DNA from: Deltaproteobacteria bacterium
GTDB taxonomy: Bacteria; Myxococcota_A; Polyangia; Polyangiales; Houyiibacteriaceae
Direction: 5' to 3'
DNA length: 64,000 nt
NCBI GenBank assembly: GCA_034670305.1
Contig: JAXMNT010000027.1
Location: forward strand, 1-64,000
Under the pieces are notes generated by a model. That model saw only the letters and a program-made list of their open reading frames with translations. It did not search any database and was not told the DNA's origin. The translations under genes and the position numbers were made by a program. Positions 48,762 to 60,300 of the stretch are shown here, in pieces. How positions within the stretch are numbered: position 1 is the first letter of the stretch; each line of letters begins with the position of its first letter.

Positions 48762-50645
48762 GTGGCGCGCTTCATCGACGAGTTGAAACGAACACATTCC
48801 TGCGGAGAGCTGCGGGACGCACAGATTGGCGAGGAGGTCGTCCTCTTCGGCTGGGTGCAGAACCGGCGCGACCACGGCGGCTGCATCTTCATCGACCTGC
48901 GTGACCGCGAGGGCCTGACCCAGATCGTGTTCGACCCCTCCGAGGTCAAGGGCACCGACGATGTGTTCAAGCTCGCCGAGCGGGCCCGCAGCGAGTGGGT
49001 GCTCGGGGTGCGCGGCATCGTGCGCGACCGGGGCGAGAGCCAGCGCAACCCGCGGCTCGGGACCGGCACCGTCGAAGTCATCATTCACGAAGCCTGCGTC
49101 TTCAACGAGTCTCTCACGCCGCCCTTCGCGATCGAAGACGGGGTCGAGACCAACGAAGACAAACGGCTCGAGTACCGCTACCTCGACCTTCGTCGTCCGG
49201 TGCTCCAGCGCAACCTTCTGCGCCGCAGCCGCATGAACCACGCGGCGCGTGGGTATCTTCACGACCTCGGTTTCACCGAGGTCGAGACCCCGTTCATGGT
49301 GAAGTACACGCCGGGCGGCGCGCGCAACTTCCTGGTTCCGAGCCGTCTCTCTCCGGGCAGCTTCTACGCCCTGGCCGAGAGCCCGCAGCTCTACAAGCAG
49401 ATGCTGATGTGCGCGGGATTCGACCGCTACTACCAGATCGTGCGTTGCTTCCGGGACGAAGACCTTCGCATCGACCGGCAGCCCGAGTTCACCCAGGTGG
49501 ACATCGAAATGTCGTTCATCAACCAGGACGACCTGTTCACCGTGCTCGAAGGGCTCGTGGTCCGGCTCTGGAAAGAAGCGCTCGGCGTCGACCTGACCGA
49601 GCGGTATCCGGGCGGCAAGTTCCCTCGACTTCCCTTCGATGAGTCGATGCGGCGTTTCGGCAACGACAAGCCGGACATGCGCTTCGGCCTGGAGCACGTC
49701 GATCTGACCGCGCTCGTCACCGAGCACAAGGGCGGCGGCGTGCCGTTGCTCGAACCGCTCGCGCAGAAGTTCGCGGACGGCACCTACCGAACCGAACTCC
49801 CCGCCGAGATCATGAAGGGCATGTGCGTGCCGGCAGAGCACACGCTCAGCCGCAAAGACACGGACGCGCTCGAGAAGTTCTGCCGTCAGATGGGCAGCGC
49901 GGGTCTGGCCCGCGCCAAGGTGGCCGAGGACGGATCGTGGACCCAGTCCCCGTTCGCGAAATCGATCACGCCGGAGATGCGCCTCGCGATCAACGAAGCG
50001 TGTGGCGCGAAGCCGGGCGACCTCTTGCTCTTCCAGTTCGGACAGACCCAGAAGGTCCAGACCGTGATGGCGAACCTGCGGGTGCACATCGCGCGGAAGC
50101 TCGGACTCATTCCACCGGTCGGCACCGAAGGCGACTGGAACTTCCTCTGGGTCATCGACCCGCCCCTCTTCGAGGAGAACGAGGACGGCACCTGGGCGGC
50201 CGCACACCACGTGTTCACGCGGCCGCACGACGAAGACATCGCGAAGCTCGGCACCGACCCTGGCCTCGTGAAGTGTTACCGCTACGACCTGGTGCTCAAC
50301 GGGTTCGAGATCGCGGGCGGCTCGATCCGCCTGCACGATCCAGAAGTGCAGCAGAAGGTCTTCCAGGTCATCGGCCTCGAAGAAGAGAAGGCCCGCAGCT
50401 TGTTCGGGTTCCTGCTCGACGCGTTGAAACACGGTGCACCGCCCCACGGCGGCATCGCGTTCGGCATGGACCGGGTGGCGATGCTCGCGTGTCAGACCGA
50501 GTCGATCCGGGACGTCATCGCGTTCCCGAAGACCCAGCGCGCGAACGACCTGCTCACCGGCGCGCCCAACCCGGTGGATGCGGAGCAGCTCGCGGAACTC
50601 CGCCTGCGGGTGGAAGCACCCGAGAAGAAAGAAAAGAAAGAGTAA
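48762..50645 (+). CDS. aspS: Aspartate--tRNA ligase
   Basis: RTHSCGEL, RRDHGG..FIDLRD, SPQLYKQ, CFRDEDLR.DRQPEFTQ, GAPPHGGIAFG.DR. Confidence 0.98.
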   Translation: MARFIDELKRTHSCGELRDAQIGEEVVLFGWVQNRRDHGGCIFIDLRDREGLTQIVFDPSEVKGTDDVFKLAERARSEWVLGVRGIVRDRGESQRNPRLGTGTVEVIIHEACVFNESLTPPFAIEDGVETNEDKRLEYRYLDLRRPVLQRNLLRRSRMNHAARGYLHDLGFTEVETPFMVKYTPGGARNFLVPSRLSPGSFYALAESPQLYKQMLMCAGFDRYYQIVRCFRDEDLRIDRQPEFTQVDIEMSFINQDDLFTVLEGLVVRLWKEALGVDLTERYPGGKFPRLPFDESMRRFGNDKPDMRFGLEHVDLTALVTEHKGGGVPLLEPLAQKFADGTYRTELPAEIMKGMCVPAEHTLSRKDTDALEKFCRQMGSAGLARAKVAEDGSWTQSPFAKSITPEMRLAINEACGAKPGDLLLFQFGQTQKVQTVMANLRVHIARKLGLIPPVGTEGDWNFLWVIDPPLFEENEDGTWAAAHHVFTRPHDEDIAKLGTDPGLVKCYRYDLVLNGFEIAGGSIRLHDPEVQQKVFQVIGLEEEKARSLFGFLLDALKHGAPPHGGIAFGMDRVAMLACQTESIRDVIAFPKTQRANDLLTGAPNPVDAEQLAELRLRVEAPEKKEKKE

Positions 50646-50759
50646 CCAGCGACGCGGCGAAGCAAGCCGTGTCACCGGGGACGGGTTTGGGGGCGCTGTG
50701 CCCCCACACGCCATAGGGCCGCTGGGCGGGAACCCGCACCCGGAATCAGCTGGGGTGAA

Positions 50760-51278
50760 TCAGCCGGGGGGAGGGATCAGATGGTCCCGGACGTCGCCGG
50801 TGTATTCCGGCAACGTCTCCGACTCGACCGAGCGCGTGCGGCACTCCGTCGTGCCGGCCGGATCCGCCACGCATCGACCGTCGCATCCGAGGTCCGCGCA
50901 GGCGCCGTAGAGGTGGGCTTCGATGACCCGTGTCTCGAGCGGCACGAATCCGGTGTCGATCTCGAACGCGATCACGCTTCCGTCTCGAAGCGTCCCGGTC
51001 ACTTCGACGGTCAGCGGCGAAAGGGTCGGGCCCTCGAGCACGAGCCCGATCGAGAGCGGCAAATCCGATGCGTTCGGCTCGCGGAAGTCGTTGGTCGAGC
51101 CGAGCACCATCGCGCCGGTCGGCCCGGTGACGAGCACGTCCACCTTCTCGAAGTCCGCTTGCGGCACATCGGAGCTGATGACGACGACGAGCTCCGTGAG
51201 CGGATCGGCGCAGCCGAAGAGCGCGAGCAGCGTGAGCGGCAGGAGCATGAAACGGCGCGTGGTTCGAGTCGGGTTCAT
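50760..51278 (-). CDS. Lipoprotein, hypothetical
   Basis: LLALFGC lipobox; ELVVVISSD...LPLSIGL; ATGA overlap with the upstream gene. Confidence 0.75.
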   Translation of the reverse strand: MNPTRTTRRFMLLPLTLLALFGCADPLTELVVVISSDVPQADFEKVDVLVTGPTGAMVLGSTNDFREPNASDLPLSIGLVLEGPTLSPLTVEVTGTLRDGSVIAFEIDTGFVPLETRVIEAHLYGACADLGCDGRCVADPAGTTECRTRSVESETLPEYTGDVRDHLIPPPG

Positions 51279-52102
51279 GGGACCGGCACCGACATGCCAC
51301 CAGGGTAGTTGCCTTGGAACGCATCGGGGGCCCGTCCGGCGACGAACACGATCGCGATGACCGCAGCCACGACGGCGAGGCCTGCCACCACGAGCCCGAC
51401 GACCAGGCCGGTGTTGCCGCCCCCCGCCTCCTCTTCTTCGCTGGGACCCGTTCCAGCGCCGATGGCGACCTCTCGGGGATCGAGGGGGTCCGGTGCACGC
51501 AGCTGCACTTCTTCCGTGCCCTGCGGTTCCACGTTCACCCGGACCTGCGCGACAGTGCGGCCGGTCCGCTGGACTTCGACCGAGCGCATGCCGGGGTTGG
51601 TCTCGAACGCCGAGCCGAGCCGCTCGACCTCTTCGCCGTCGAGCAGCACCCGATCTCCGTCCTGCAGATTCTCCACCCGGATGGTCAGCTGCGGGATCAG
51701 GTTGATCACCTCCGCCAGTTCCGCCTCGACCGTGCGGCGCAGGTCGCGGTCCTCCGCGTCGGTCAGAAACCGCTGGTAGGCGTCGCGGGCTTCGAGCAGT
51801 TCACCGGTCTGTCGGTACGCACTCCCGAGGTTGACCAGGATCCGCGGGCGTGGAGAGAGCTCGTAGGCTCGGCGAAAGCGGTCGCGCGCTTCGGGCCAGC
51901 GCTCGGCGCTCGCGGCTTCGATGCCTTCCCGAAATGCTGCCCGAGCGGCCGCGACATCGGCGTTGTCCTGCGCATCGACGGGGCCGGCGATCGCGAATTC
52001 ACCTGCAATCAGCGACAAAACCACAAGCGTTCGAGCCAGTCCTCGGACAGGGGCGCTCGCGGAACGAACGCAAGGATCGGGGGCCACACACGGAGTCCGC
52101 AT
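51275..52102 (-). CDS. TPR + PEGA-like domain membrane protein
   Basis: ARAAFREG...ARDRFRRAYEL...ILVNLG TPR; VLLDG...NPGMRSVEV; C-terminal TM. Confidence 0.8.
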   Translation of the reverse strand: MRTPCVAPDPCVRSASAPVRGLARTLVVLSLIAGEFAIAGPVDAQDNADVAAARAAFREGIEAASAERWPEARDRFRRAYELSPRPRILVNLGSAYRQTGELLEARDAYQRFLTDAEDRDLRRTVEAELAEVINLIPQLTIRVENLQDGDRVLLDGEEVERLGSAFETNPGMRSVEVQRTGRTVAQVRVNVEPQGTEEVQLRAPDPLDPREVAIGAGTGPSEEEEAGGGNTGLVVGLVVAGLAVVAAVIAIVFVAGRAPDAFQGNYPGGMSVPVP

Positions 52103-52241
52103 CCCGGAGAAGCTACCACCTCGCTCGTCGTTTCGGCATGCCCAACCGCGACCCCATCGCACAGCGGTCGTACAGCGTGCGAATCCTGGGCCGCCACAAC
52201 GTTGTCCGGATCACGTTTGGTCCACTACACTGGGCAGTCAC

Positions 52242-53948
52242 GTGCGGGTCGGTGAGACAATTGCGGGTTACGAGGTCGTGGCCAAGCTCAAGCCTGGGGG
52301 CATGGCCACCCTGTACCTCGGAAAACGCGAGCGTGCCGGTGGCTTCGCCAAACACGCCGCCATCAAGGTCGTGCACGAGCACCTCGCCGACGACGAGAAC
52401 TTCGTCACGATGTTTCTCGACGAAGCCAGGCTGACCGCGCGCATCGAACACCCGAACATCGTGCACGTCCACGACCTCGGCGAAGCGGAGGGTCGCTACT
52501 TCCTGATCATGGAGTACGTGCCGGGCTGCAGCCTCGCGCAGTTGCTCCGCAAGATCGGCAGGATGGGTCGGCGGCTCTCGCCCGAGTCGGCGTGCTGGAT
52601 CGCCGCGCAGGTCGCCGCTGGGCTCCATGCGGCGCACGAGGCGACCGACGACACCGGGACCTGTCTCGACGTGGTGCACCGCGACGTCAGTCCGAAGAAC
52701 GTGCTCGTCGCCTACCTCGGGTACGTGAAACTCATCGACTTCGGCATCGCCAAAGCCGGCGGCCGCTCGACCCAGACCGCGACCGGGCTCGTCAAAGGCA
52801 CGTTCCGGTACATGGCGCCGGAGCAAGCGAAGGGTCTCGACATCGACGCGCGGGTCGACGTCTACGCCCTCGGCATCTGCCTTTGGGAGATGTTGACCGG
52901 CCGAAGACTCTTCGACGCAGACAACGACCTGCGGCTCCTCGACATGGTGCGTGATCCGAAGGTGCCGAAACCGAGCGAGTTCGCGTCGGTCTCCCCGGCC
53001 CTCGACGCCGTCGTGATGAAGGCCCTCGCGCCCGACCGCGACCAGCGGTACGCGAGCGCCGACGAGTTCCGTGCGGGCTTGGCCGAGGCGATCCCGGCGG
53101 CACTCGCCATGACGGCGCGACAGATGGGCGAGCTCGTCAGCGTGGCGATGGGCGAACCCGAGATGAAGGGCGCCGATCCCTCGGTCATCAGCATGCTCGG
53201 CAAACCGCTCTCGGTCGCAGAACCGGATTCGGTCATCCAGAAGCTGCTCGTCGATCCCAGCGCGACCCCACCTCCGATCGATGGCTCGGCAGCCCTCAAG
53301 ATCGAACCCTCGCCCGTCACCGTGACCCCGAGCAATCCCACCGGATCAGGCATCGTCGCCTCGCCGATCGTGCCTCCGCTCGGCGCGGCGGCGGAATTCG
53401 ACGATGCACCGACGTTGTTCACGCCGAGTACGCCGTTCGGCTTGCAAGCAGCGCCGGTCGAAGTGGTGCTGCCCGACGCCCTCCCACCGATGCCTCAGGC
53501 TCCGGTGGAGTATCCCCACCCCAAACGCTCGCGGGCGATGCTGGTGGCGGCCTTGGGGGGGCTGCTCTTGGTCGGCGGAGGCGCGCTCGTATGGGCCACT
53601 TCGGGAGGCGCCTCCGAGCCCGTCGTCTCCCCTCTGCCTCCGCGCGCCAACACCTCTCCGGTCGCGGTACCGGTCGAGCCCCCGGCCGAACCGGTGGTCG
53701 AACCAGTGATCGAACCAGTCGCGGAAGTCGAACCGGAAGTCGAACCGGACGTCGAGCCGGACGTCGAACCGGACGCCGAGCCGGAAGTCGCGGTCGCCAT
53801 GACGACGGCGATGACCCGCCGGGGCATGCGCCGCGTCGTGCGGGAAGAAGACCCCGACCCGCCCGTGATGACGCGCATGCGCCGCGTCCAGATGCGCGTG
53901 ACCTCCACGATGACGGACAACCCGCTCATCGTGGACGACGTGTTCTGA
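52242..53948 (+). CDS. Eukaryotic-like Ser/Thr protein kinase with TM and Pro/Glu-rich tail
   Basis: GGMATLY, AIK, HRDVSPKN, DFGIAK, YMAPE, DVYALG. Confidence 0.95.
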   Translation: MRVGETIAGYEVVAKLKPGGMATLYLGKRERAGGFAKHAAIKVVHEHLADDENFVTMFLDEARLTARIEHPNIVHVHDLGEAEGRYFLIMEYVPGCSLAQLLRKIGRMGRRLSPESACWIAAQVAAGLHAAHEATDDTGTCLDVVHRDVSPKNVLVAYLGYVKLIDFGIAKAGGRSTQTATGLVKGTFRYMAPEQAKGLDIDARVDVYALGICLWEMLTGRRLFDADNDLRLLDMVRDPKVPKPSEFASVSPALDAVVMKALAPDRDQRYASADEFRAGLAEAIPAALAMTARQMGELVSVAMGEPEMKGADPSVISMLGKPLSVAEPDSVIQKLLVDPSATPPPIDGSAALKIEPSPVTVTPSNPTGSGIVASPIVPPLGAAAEFDDAPTLFTPSTPFGLQAAPVEVVLPDALPPMPQAPVEYPHPKRSRAMLVAALGGLLLVGGGALVWATSGGASEPVVSPLPPRANTSPVAVPVEPPAEPVVEPVIEPVAEVEPEVEPDVEPDVEPDAEPEVAVAMTTAMTRRGMRRVVREEDPDPPVMTRMRRVQMRVTSTMTDNPLIVDDVF

Positions 53949-53953
53949 AGGCC

Positions 53954-54340
53954 TCAGTTCGCTTCGACGACCTGCTTGATCGCCTGGTCCCGCAGGTACT
54001 TCGCCGCGCGTTCGACCAGCGAGCCGAGCAGCAGCAGATCGTCGCCTTCGATCACAGCCCCGCAGCCGAGCGACTTCTTCATTCTCTTTTGGAGCGCTTC
54101 CAGCGCCCCCGGCTCCAGACCGCTGATCCGCGTCACGGTCTTGCCCTTGCGTCCCTTCTTCTCACGCCGGACCACGACCTTGCCGGTGGCCAGGGTCGAG
54201 ACGGACGCACTGCCGGTTTCGGCGGGCTCGGGCTCGGAACGGTCCGGACCGGGGGGCAGGTCGCCGCTTGGGGCGAGCGCGCCGAACGGGTTGTGTGACA
54301 ACGCGGGCGTGCCCTTGGGCGTGGGTTTCTTGGAGGCCAC
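53954..54340 (-). CDS. SUI1/YciH family translation initiation factor
   Basis: HNPF, RREKKGRKGKTVTRISG, KKSLGCGA. Confidence 0.88.
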   Translation of the reverse strand: MASKKPTPKGTPALSHNPFGALAPSGDLPPGPDRSEPEPAETGSASVSTLATGKVVVRREKKGRKGKTVTRISGLEPGALEALQKRMKKSLGCGAVIEGDDLLLLGSLVERAAKYLRDQAIKQVVEAN

Positions 54341-54378
54341 GGCCCAAGTAGAGCACACCTGCCGCGGGTCGCAGGCGC

Positions 54379-54966
54379 TCAGCGCAGGTCGGGATCGTTG
54401 GTGGACGGTGCCGGCTCGGGAGGGCGCCGGCTCAGGGACTCGAGCCGCCGGTCGCACTCCGCCCGCCACCCGTCGAGCTCGATGCCTTCGCGGACCCCCA
54501 TCTCATGACAGACCTCGAACGCCTCCACCGCGAGCCGTCGCAGACCGGGCACGAACGAACGCACTTGGTCGATCCCGTCTTCGGAGAGGCGGCTCAGATC
54601 GACCTCGGCCAGCTGGCTGGCCGTGCGCTCCAAGATGGCGCCATGCAGCCCGACGCCAACCGCCCGTTCACGCGCTGGTTGGGTACGCAGGGCGCGGCGT
54701 GCACGGGCGGCGTTCTCGAGCGTCTCGGTGCGCGCAGCCATCCAGGGTGCATAGACCCGCGAGGCCCATGAGGCCGGCGCGGCGTGAGGCGGCGCCAAGG
54801 GCGGGAGCTCCTCGGTGCACCGCACCAGCAGGCGCAGCGCTTCGCTCGCGGTCGAGGCCCCGACCGGCGCGGGTGGCCAGCCGCTGACATGGAGCGCCGG
54901 CGCGGGACCTTGGGGCGCCAGGGTGCCACCGCAGCCCAGCAACGCTGCGACACAGAACACCTTCAC
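54379..54966 (-). CDS. Hypothetical lipoprotein
   Basis: VKVFCVAALLGC lipobox. Confidence 0.55.
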   Translation of the reverse strand: MKVFCVAALLGCGGTLAPQGPAPALHVSGWPPAPVGASTASEALRLLVRCTEELPPLAPPHAAPASWASRVYAPWMAARTETLENAARARRALRTQPARERAVGVGLHGAILERTASQLAEVDLSRLSEDGIDQVRSFVPGLRRLAVEAFEVCHEMGVREGIELDGWRAECDRRLESLSRRPPEPAPSTNDPDLR

Positions 54967-54985
54967 CCGTCTCCAGCCATGTGCC

Positions 54986-55041
54986 CGGCCGGACAAGACG
55001 GTTCGGCCGGACAAGACGGTTCGGCCGGACAAGACGGTTCG
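54986..55041. repeat. 18-bp perfect tandem repeat x3 (CGGCCGGACAAGACGGTT)
   Basis: Read directly from the sequence. Confidence 0.95.
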
Positions 55042-55052
55042 ATCCGAGACCA

Positions 55053-55613
55053 CTACTCGAGGTCGGTGCCACAGGTCGCGGCGAAGTCGTCTTCCAGGTG
55101 CACGCCCAGCATCAGGACGAGTCGGTTGACGAAGTTGAAGTAGCCGATGGTCAGCGTCGCATCGAGGATGGCGCGGTCGTCCAGGCCTTCGGCTTTCAGC
55201 CGGCGAACGTCTTCTTCAGAAGCCTCCCCCGGCAACCGGGTTCGATCGATCGCCCACTGGACGAGCGAGCGGTCGGGTTCCGCTTCGGGGACCCCTCCGT
55301 CTTGCAAACGGGCGATCACGTCCTCCTCGTCGCCGAGGTTGCGAAGGGCCTGCGCGTGGTGGGCGCTGCAGTACGCGCAACCGTTGGCGATCGACACCGC
55401 GACCCCAAGCCGCTCCCGTTGAATCCGGCTCAACGTCGACTTCTGGAACAGGATCGCCTTGTACATCTCGAGGTGCGCCTGCATCGCTTTGGGGTTGAGC
55501 GATTGCACCTGGTGCACGGTCGCGACCCCGCCGCGCGCGCCCGCGATCCGCTGGTAGAGCGCCGCAAGGGCGCCGGTCGCGTCTTCCGGGGAGACCACAT
55601 CGATGAATGCCAT
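55053..55613 (-). CDS. AhpD/CMD-like peroxidase-related enzyme
   Basis: LSRIQRERLGVAVSIANGCAYCSAHH, FNFVNR. Confidence 0.9.
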   Translation of the reverse strand: MAFIDVVSPEDATGALAALYQRIAGARGGVATVHQVQSLNPKAMQAHLEMYKAILFQKSTLSRIQRERLGVAVSIANGCAYCSAHHAQALRNLGDEEDVIARLQDGGVPEAEPDRSLVQWAIDRTRLPGEASEEDVRRLKAEGLDDRAILDATLTIGYFNFVNRLVLMLGVHLEDDFAATCGTDLE

Positions 55614-55643
55614 GAGCGCGTTATGGCACTTTCTCGCCGCGGT

Positions 55644-55724
55644 CCGAAACGCTCCCCGAAACCCGTTCCGGAACGCCCTGCGAAACGGCAGGGGTCTTGG
55701 AAACACAGCTCTTGGAAACACAGC
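55644..55724. repeat. 12-bp-periodic CCGAAAC units x4 and 15-bp direct repeat x2 (TCTTGGAAACACAGC) in a divergent promoter region
   Basis: Units at 55644/55656/55668/55680; repeats at 55695 and 55710. Confidence 0.8.
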
Positions 55725-55754
55725 GCGTTCCGTCAGGTGGGGTAGACTGCGCCC

Positions 55755-57554
<1,800 letters not shown>

Positions 57555-57675
57555 ACGCAGGTGGCCCGACGCTATGACATCGATGTCCGGCATCGAGGGG
57601 GGTCGCCCTCGCGGATCTGGCGCAAAGGGCGGCGCTGCCCAATGATTCCGTCGTGATCGGTTCTTCCCACCGCAG

Positions 57676-57691
57676 CGGCACGCCCATTGCT
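57676..57691 (+). promoter_or_regulatory. sigma54 -24/-12 promoter
   Basis: CGGCAC-GCCCA-TTGCT with exact GG-N10-GC spacing upstream of the lipoprotein pair. Confidence 0.6.
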
Positions 57692-57703
57692 TTGTCCTGG
57701 GTC

Positions 57704-58234
57704 ATGCGCTGCCTTCCGCTGGCGGGGCTGCCCCTCTTCATGAGTTGCCTCGTCACCGAACCGATTCAGATCCCCGAAGAGGTCAACCTGCCTCCGTCCA
57801 TCATGAGCGCGCCCGAAGCGCGTGCGATGGGCACCGCGCTCGACCAGATCGTCGTCTTCGACGAAGGCGACGGCGCGATGGAACAGGAGTTCCAGGTGGT
57901 GGTGCGCGATCCCAACGCGGACCAGTCGCTCGAGTATCAAATCTGGGTGGACTTCAACGGCTCGCTCGACTCCCTGGTCGGCTCCGGAACGATCGAGCCG
58001 ACCGGCACCATGGACCGCTCGTTCGCCTTCACGGTGCGGAGCGACAAACTCGGACCCGCGGCCGCATGCCGCAAGGTCGAGTTGCTCGTGAGCACCGAGT
58101 TCGACTTCAACATCGACACCATGCTCCGCCAACCGGTCGAGGCGCTCGACATCGCACAGGCCGTCTGGTGGGTGCGCGTCATCGACACTGGAGAGGTCGA
58201 CCGTCAGGCGATCGACCTGGACTCGTGCCGATGA
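57704..58234 (+). CDS. Lipoprotein, hypothetical
   Basis: LPLFMSC lipobox; NLPP, VRDPNADQSL, VWW. Confidence 0.7.
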   Translation: MRCLPLAGLPLFMSCLVTEPIQIPEEVNLPPSIMSAPEARAMGTALDQIVVFDEGDGAMEQEFQVVVRDPNADQSLEYQIWVDFNGSLDSLVGSGTIEPTGTMDRSFAFTVRSDKLGPAAACRKVELLVSTEFDFNIDTMLRQPVEALDIAQAVWWVRVIDTGEVDRQAIDLDSCR

Positions 58235-59931
58235 ACGCATCCACGCATGGCTGGTCTCTCGTCCTCCTGCTCGCCTCTGCGTGCAGCTTCGCCCCCGCGC
58301 AGCCGTCTTTGCTGAACGCGTGCGGCTCGGACGCCGAGTGCGGCTCGGCGCGATGCGAAGTCGAGGCCGGACGCTGCGTGAACGACGCCGTGGGTTACCC
58401 GCTGGCGCTCGAGGTGGTGCCCGGCTCGAGTCTCTCGGAAGAGCCGCTGCCCACCTGGACCGCGACGCCCGAAACGCTCACCGCGCCGATGGAGCGGGAC
58501 CTGACGCTTCCGCCTTACGTGGATCTCGTCGGTCGACTTCGCTGGGGTGGCGCGCGGGTGCCGGCCGAACTCGTCTTCACGAGCGTCGACGTCATCGGCC
58601 GCACGACCAAGGTGCGGGTCCAGACGTTCCGCGAGGAGCAACGCATCGGGGACGTCGACGCGGACTTCCGAGTGCGACTGGCCACGAACCGCATGTACGA
58701 AGTCGACGTGCGGCCGTCTTCGGAGTCGATGCCGGACGCGAGCATTTCGTGGCTCGAGGCGCTGCCTCCGCTGCGCGTGCTCCAGGTGGAAACGCCTCCC
58801 TACGATCCAGAGCGCCCTGCCAACTTCGTCTGGCCGGTCGAGCTCGGGTGGCCGGAAGACTTCTCGACGCCGTGCGGCGGCAGCCTGGTCGCGGCGTGCA
58901 CGCTCAGCGGCCTCGTGGTCAGCCTCGATGGGGAAACCGAGATGCCCGAAGGCGGTCTCCAGGTGCGCGCGGTGGATGCCGAGACCGGCCGAACCGTCTC
59001 GTCCACCGCCGTGACCACCGACGAAGGCGTGTTCTCGATCGTGACCTCGCCCGACGTCGAGCGGTACCTGCTCCGGGTCAACCGAGGCACCGACCGAGAG
59101 CTCTTCCCGACGGTCACAGTCGACCCCGCGTTCTTGTTCGGTGGCGACGCACGCATTCGAGTGCCGACCGTCGACGTGGTCACCTACCGCGGCTTCGTGC
59201 GCACCCCGGGCGACGACGACATCGCGGGCGCCACGATGCGTTTCACGTCCACCGACGTGCTCGACGAAGGGGTCGGGCTCACCGGCAGCTACACCACGAC
59301 CATCGAGACCAACGGTCGCGGAGACTTCGACGTCGATCTGCTGGCCGGCAGCTACCAGGTCGTCATCACCCCGCCGGAAGGGTCGAGCAGCGTCTTCACC
59401 GAAGTCGCGATTCCGCTCTCGGCCGGCTCCGGGGTGATTCAGGGGCAGCGCTTCGAACTCCCGGATCGCTCGCGCTTCGGCGGTGTCGTGTCCACGGCGT
59501 TCGGCGAGGTCGTCACCTCGATTCCGGTCAACGCAGCCGCGCTTGGCTGGGAGCCGGGTCCCGACGACTCCCTCGCGTTTCCCTTCAACCGGTCCAACGA
59601 CGCGGTCTCGGACGAGACCGGTCAGTTCGAGTTGAGGCTCGACCTCGGCGCCTACGACGTGTTCGTCAAACCGCCGATGGACTCGAACTACAGCTGGGTC
59701 GTCGCGCCCTCGGTCCGCGTCGGCAGCCTCGAGCGCACCCGCATGGAAGACTTTGTGCTTGAGGCACCCGTGCCGGTCCACGGCCGGGTGGAACGCACCG
59801 AAGGAGCGCTCGAGCCCGGCGGCGAAGTCCGCGCGTGGGCCCAGACCGAAGACGGCCGCTTCATCGAAGTGGGCCGCGCCCGCATCGACGAAACCGGCGC
59901 CTACGAACTGCTCCTCCCCCACAGCCTGTAA
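58231..59931 (+). CDS. Lipoprotein with carboxypeptidase-regulatory-like beta-sandwich repeats
   Basis: ATGA overlap; LLASAC lipobox; repeated T(D/N)xxGxF...GxYxV units. Confidence 0.8.
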   Translation: MNASTHGWSLVLLLASACSFAPAQPSLLNACGSDAECGSARCEVEAGRCVNDAVGYPLALEVVPGSSLSEEPLPTWTATPETLTAPMERDLTLPPYVDLVGRLRWGGARVPAELVFTSVDVIGRTTKVRVQTFREEQRIGDVDADFRVRLATNRMYEVDVRPSSESMPDASISWLEALPPLRVLQVETPPYDPERPANFVWPVELGWPEDFSTPCGGSLVAACTLSGLVVSLDGETEMPEGGLQVRAVDAETGRTVSSTAVTTDEGVFSIVTSPDVERYLLRVNRGTDRELFPTVTVDPAFLFGGDARIRVPTVDVVTYRGFVRTPGDDDIAGATMRFTSTDVLDEGVGLTGSYTTTIETNGRGDFDVDLLAGSYQVVITPPEGSSSVFTEVAIPLSAGSGVIQGQRFELPDRSRFGGVVSTAFGEVVTSIPVNAAALGWEPGPDDSLAFPFNRSNDAVSDETGQFELRLDLGAYDVFVKPPMDSNYSWVVAPSVRVGSLERTRMEDFVLEAPVPVHGRVERTEGALEPGGEVRAWAQTEDGRFIEVGRARIDETGAYELLLPHSL

Positions 59932-59935
59932 CGCC

Positions 59936-60270
59936 GCCAGGTGGGGAGGAGGCCGCAGGCCGGAGGGGAACCCTTCCCCCTCAAGAAGTCTGGACGCCGA
60001 ATTAGGGCCCAGTCTCGCGAAGCGAGCCAGGCCCGAACAGAGGCCTGCGAGAAGGCATCTCCGCGTGTGCACCTGCGCAGCCCGCAGGGCGAGCAACTGG
60101 TGCACTCCCCAAGTGAGTCGTAGAGGCGGCAGGAGTGCATCGACCGCGCGCAGCTGCCAAGAGTTCTAGGTGCCTTTTCAGTGCACCCAATGAACAGGCA
60201 GCGAGCACGTCGATGTGCTCTGGACGCCGAATTAGGGCCGCCAGTCTCGCGAAGCGAGCCAGGCCCGTAG
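59936..60270 (-). repeat. Structured intergenic repeat family B, long copy (reverse strand, two cores)
   Basis: Cores at 60236-60270 and 60001-60035; modules shared with 42621-42931. Confidence 0.85.
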
Positions 60271-60300
60271 CGCAAATAGGGAAGTGGTAGCTTCCGGGCC

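Noticed and set aside
53690..53790. 12-bp GTCGA(A/G)CCGGA repeats
   Set aside because: Coding EPxV linker of the kinase.
55624..55640. TGGCAC as a sigma54 promoter for the bEBP
   Set aside because: GG-to-GC spacing is not N10 and there is no TTGC.
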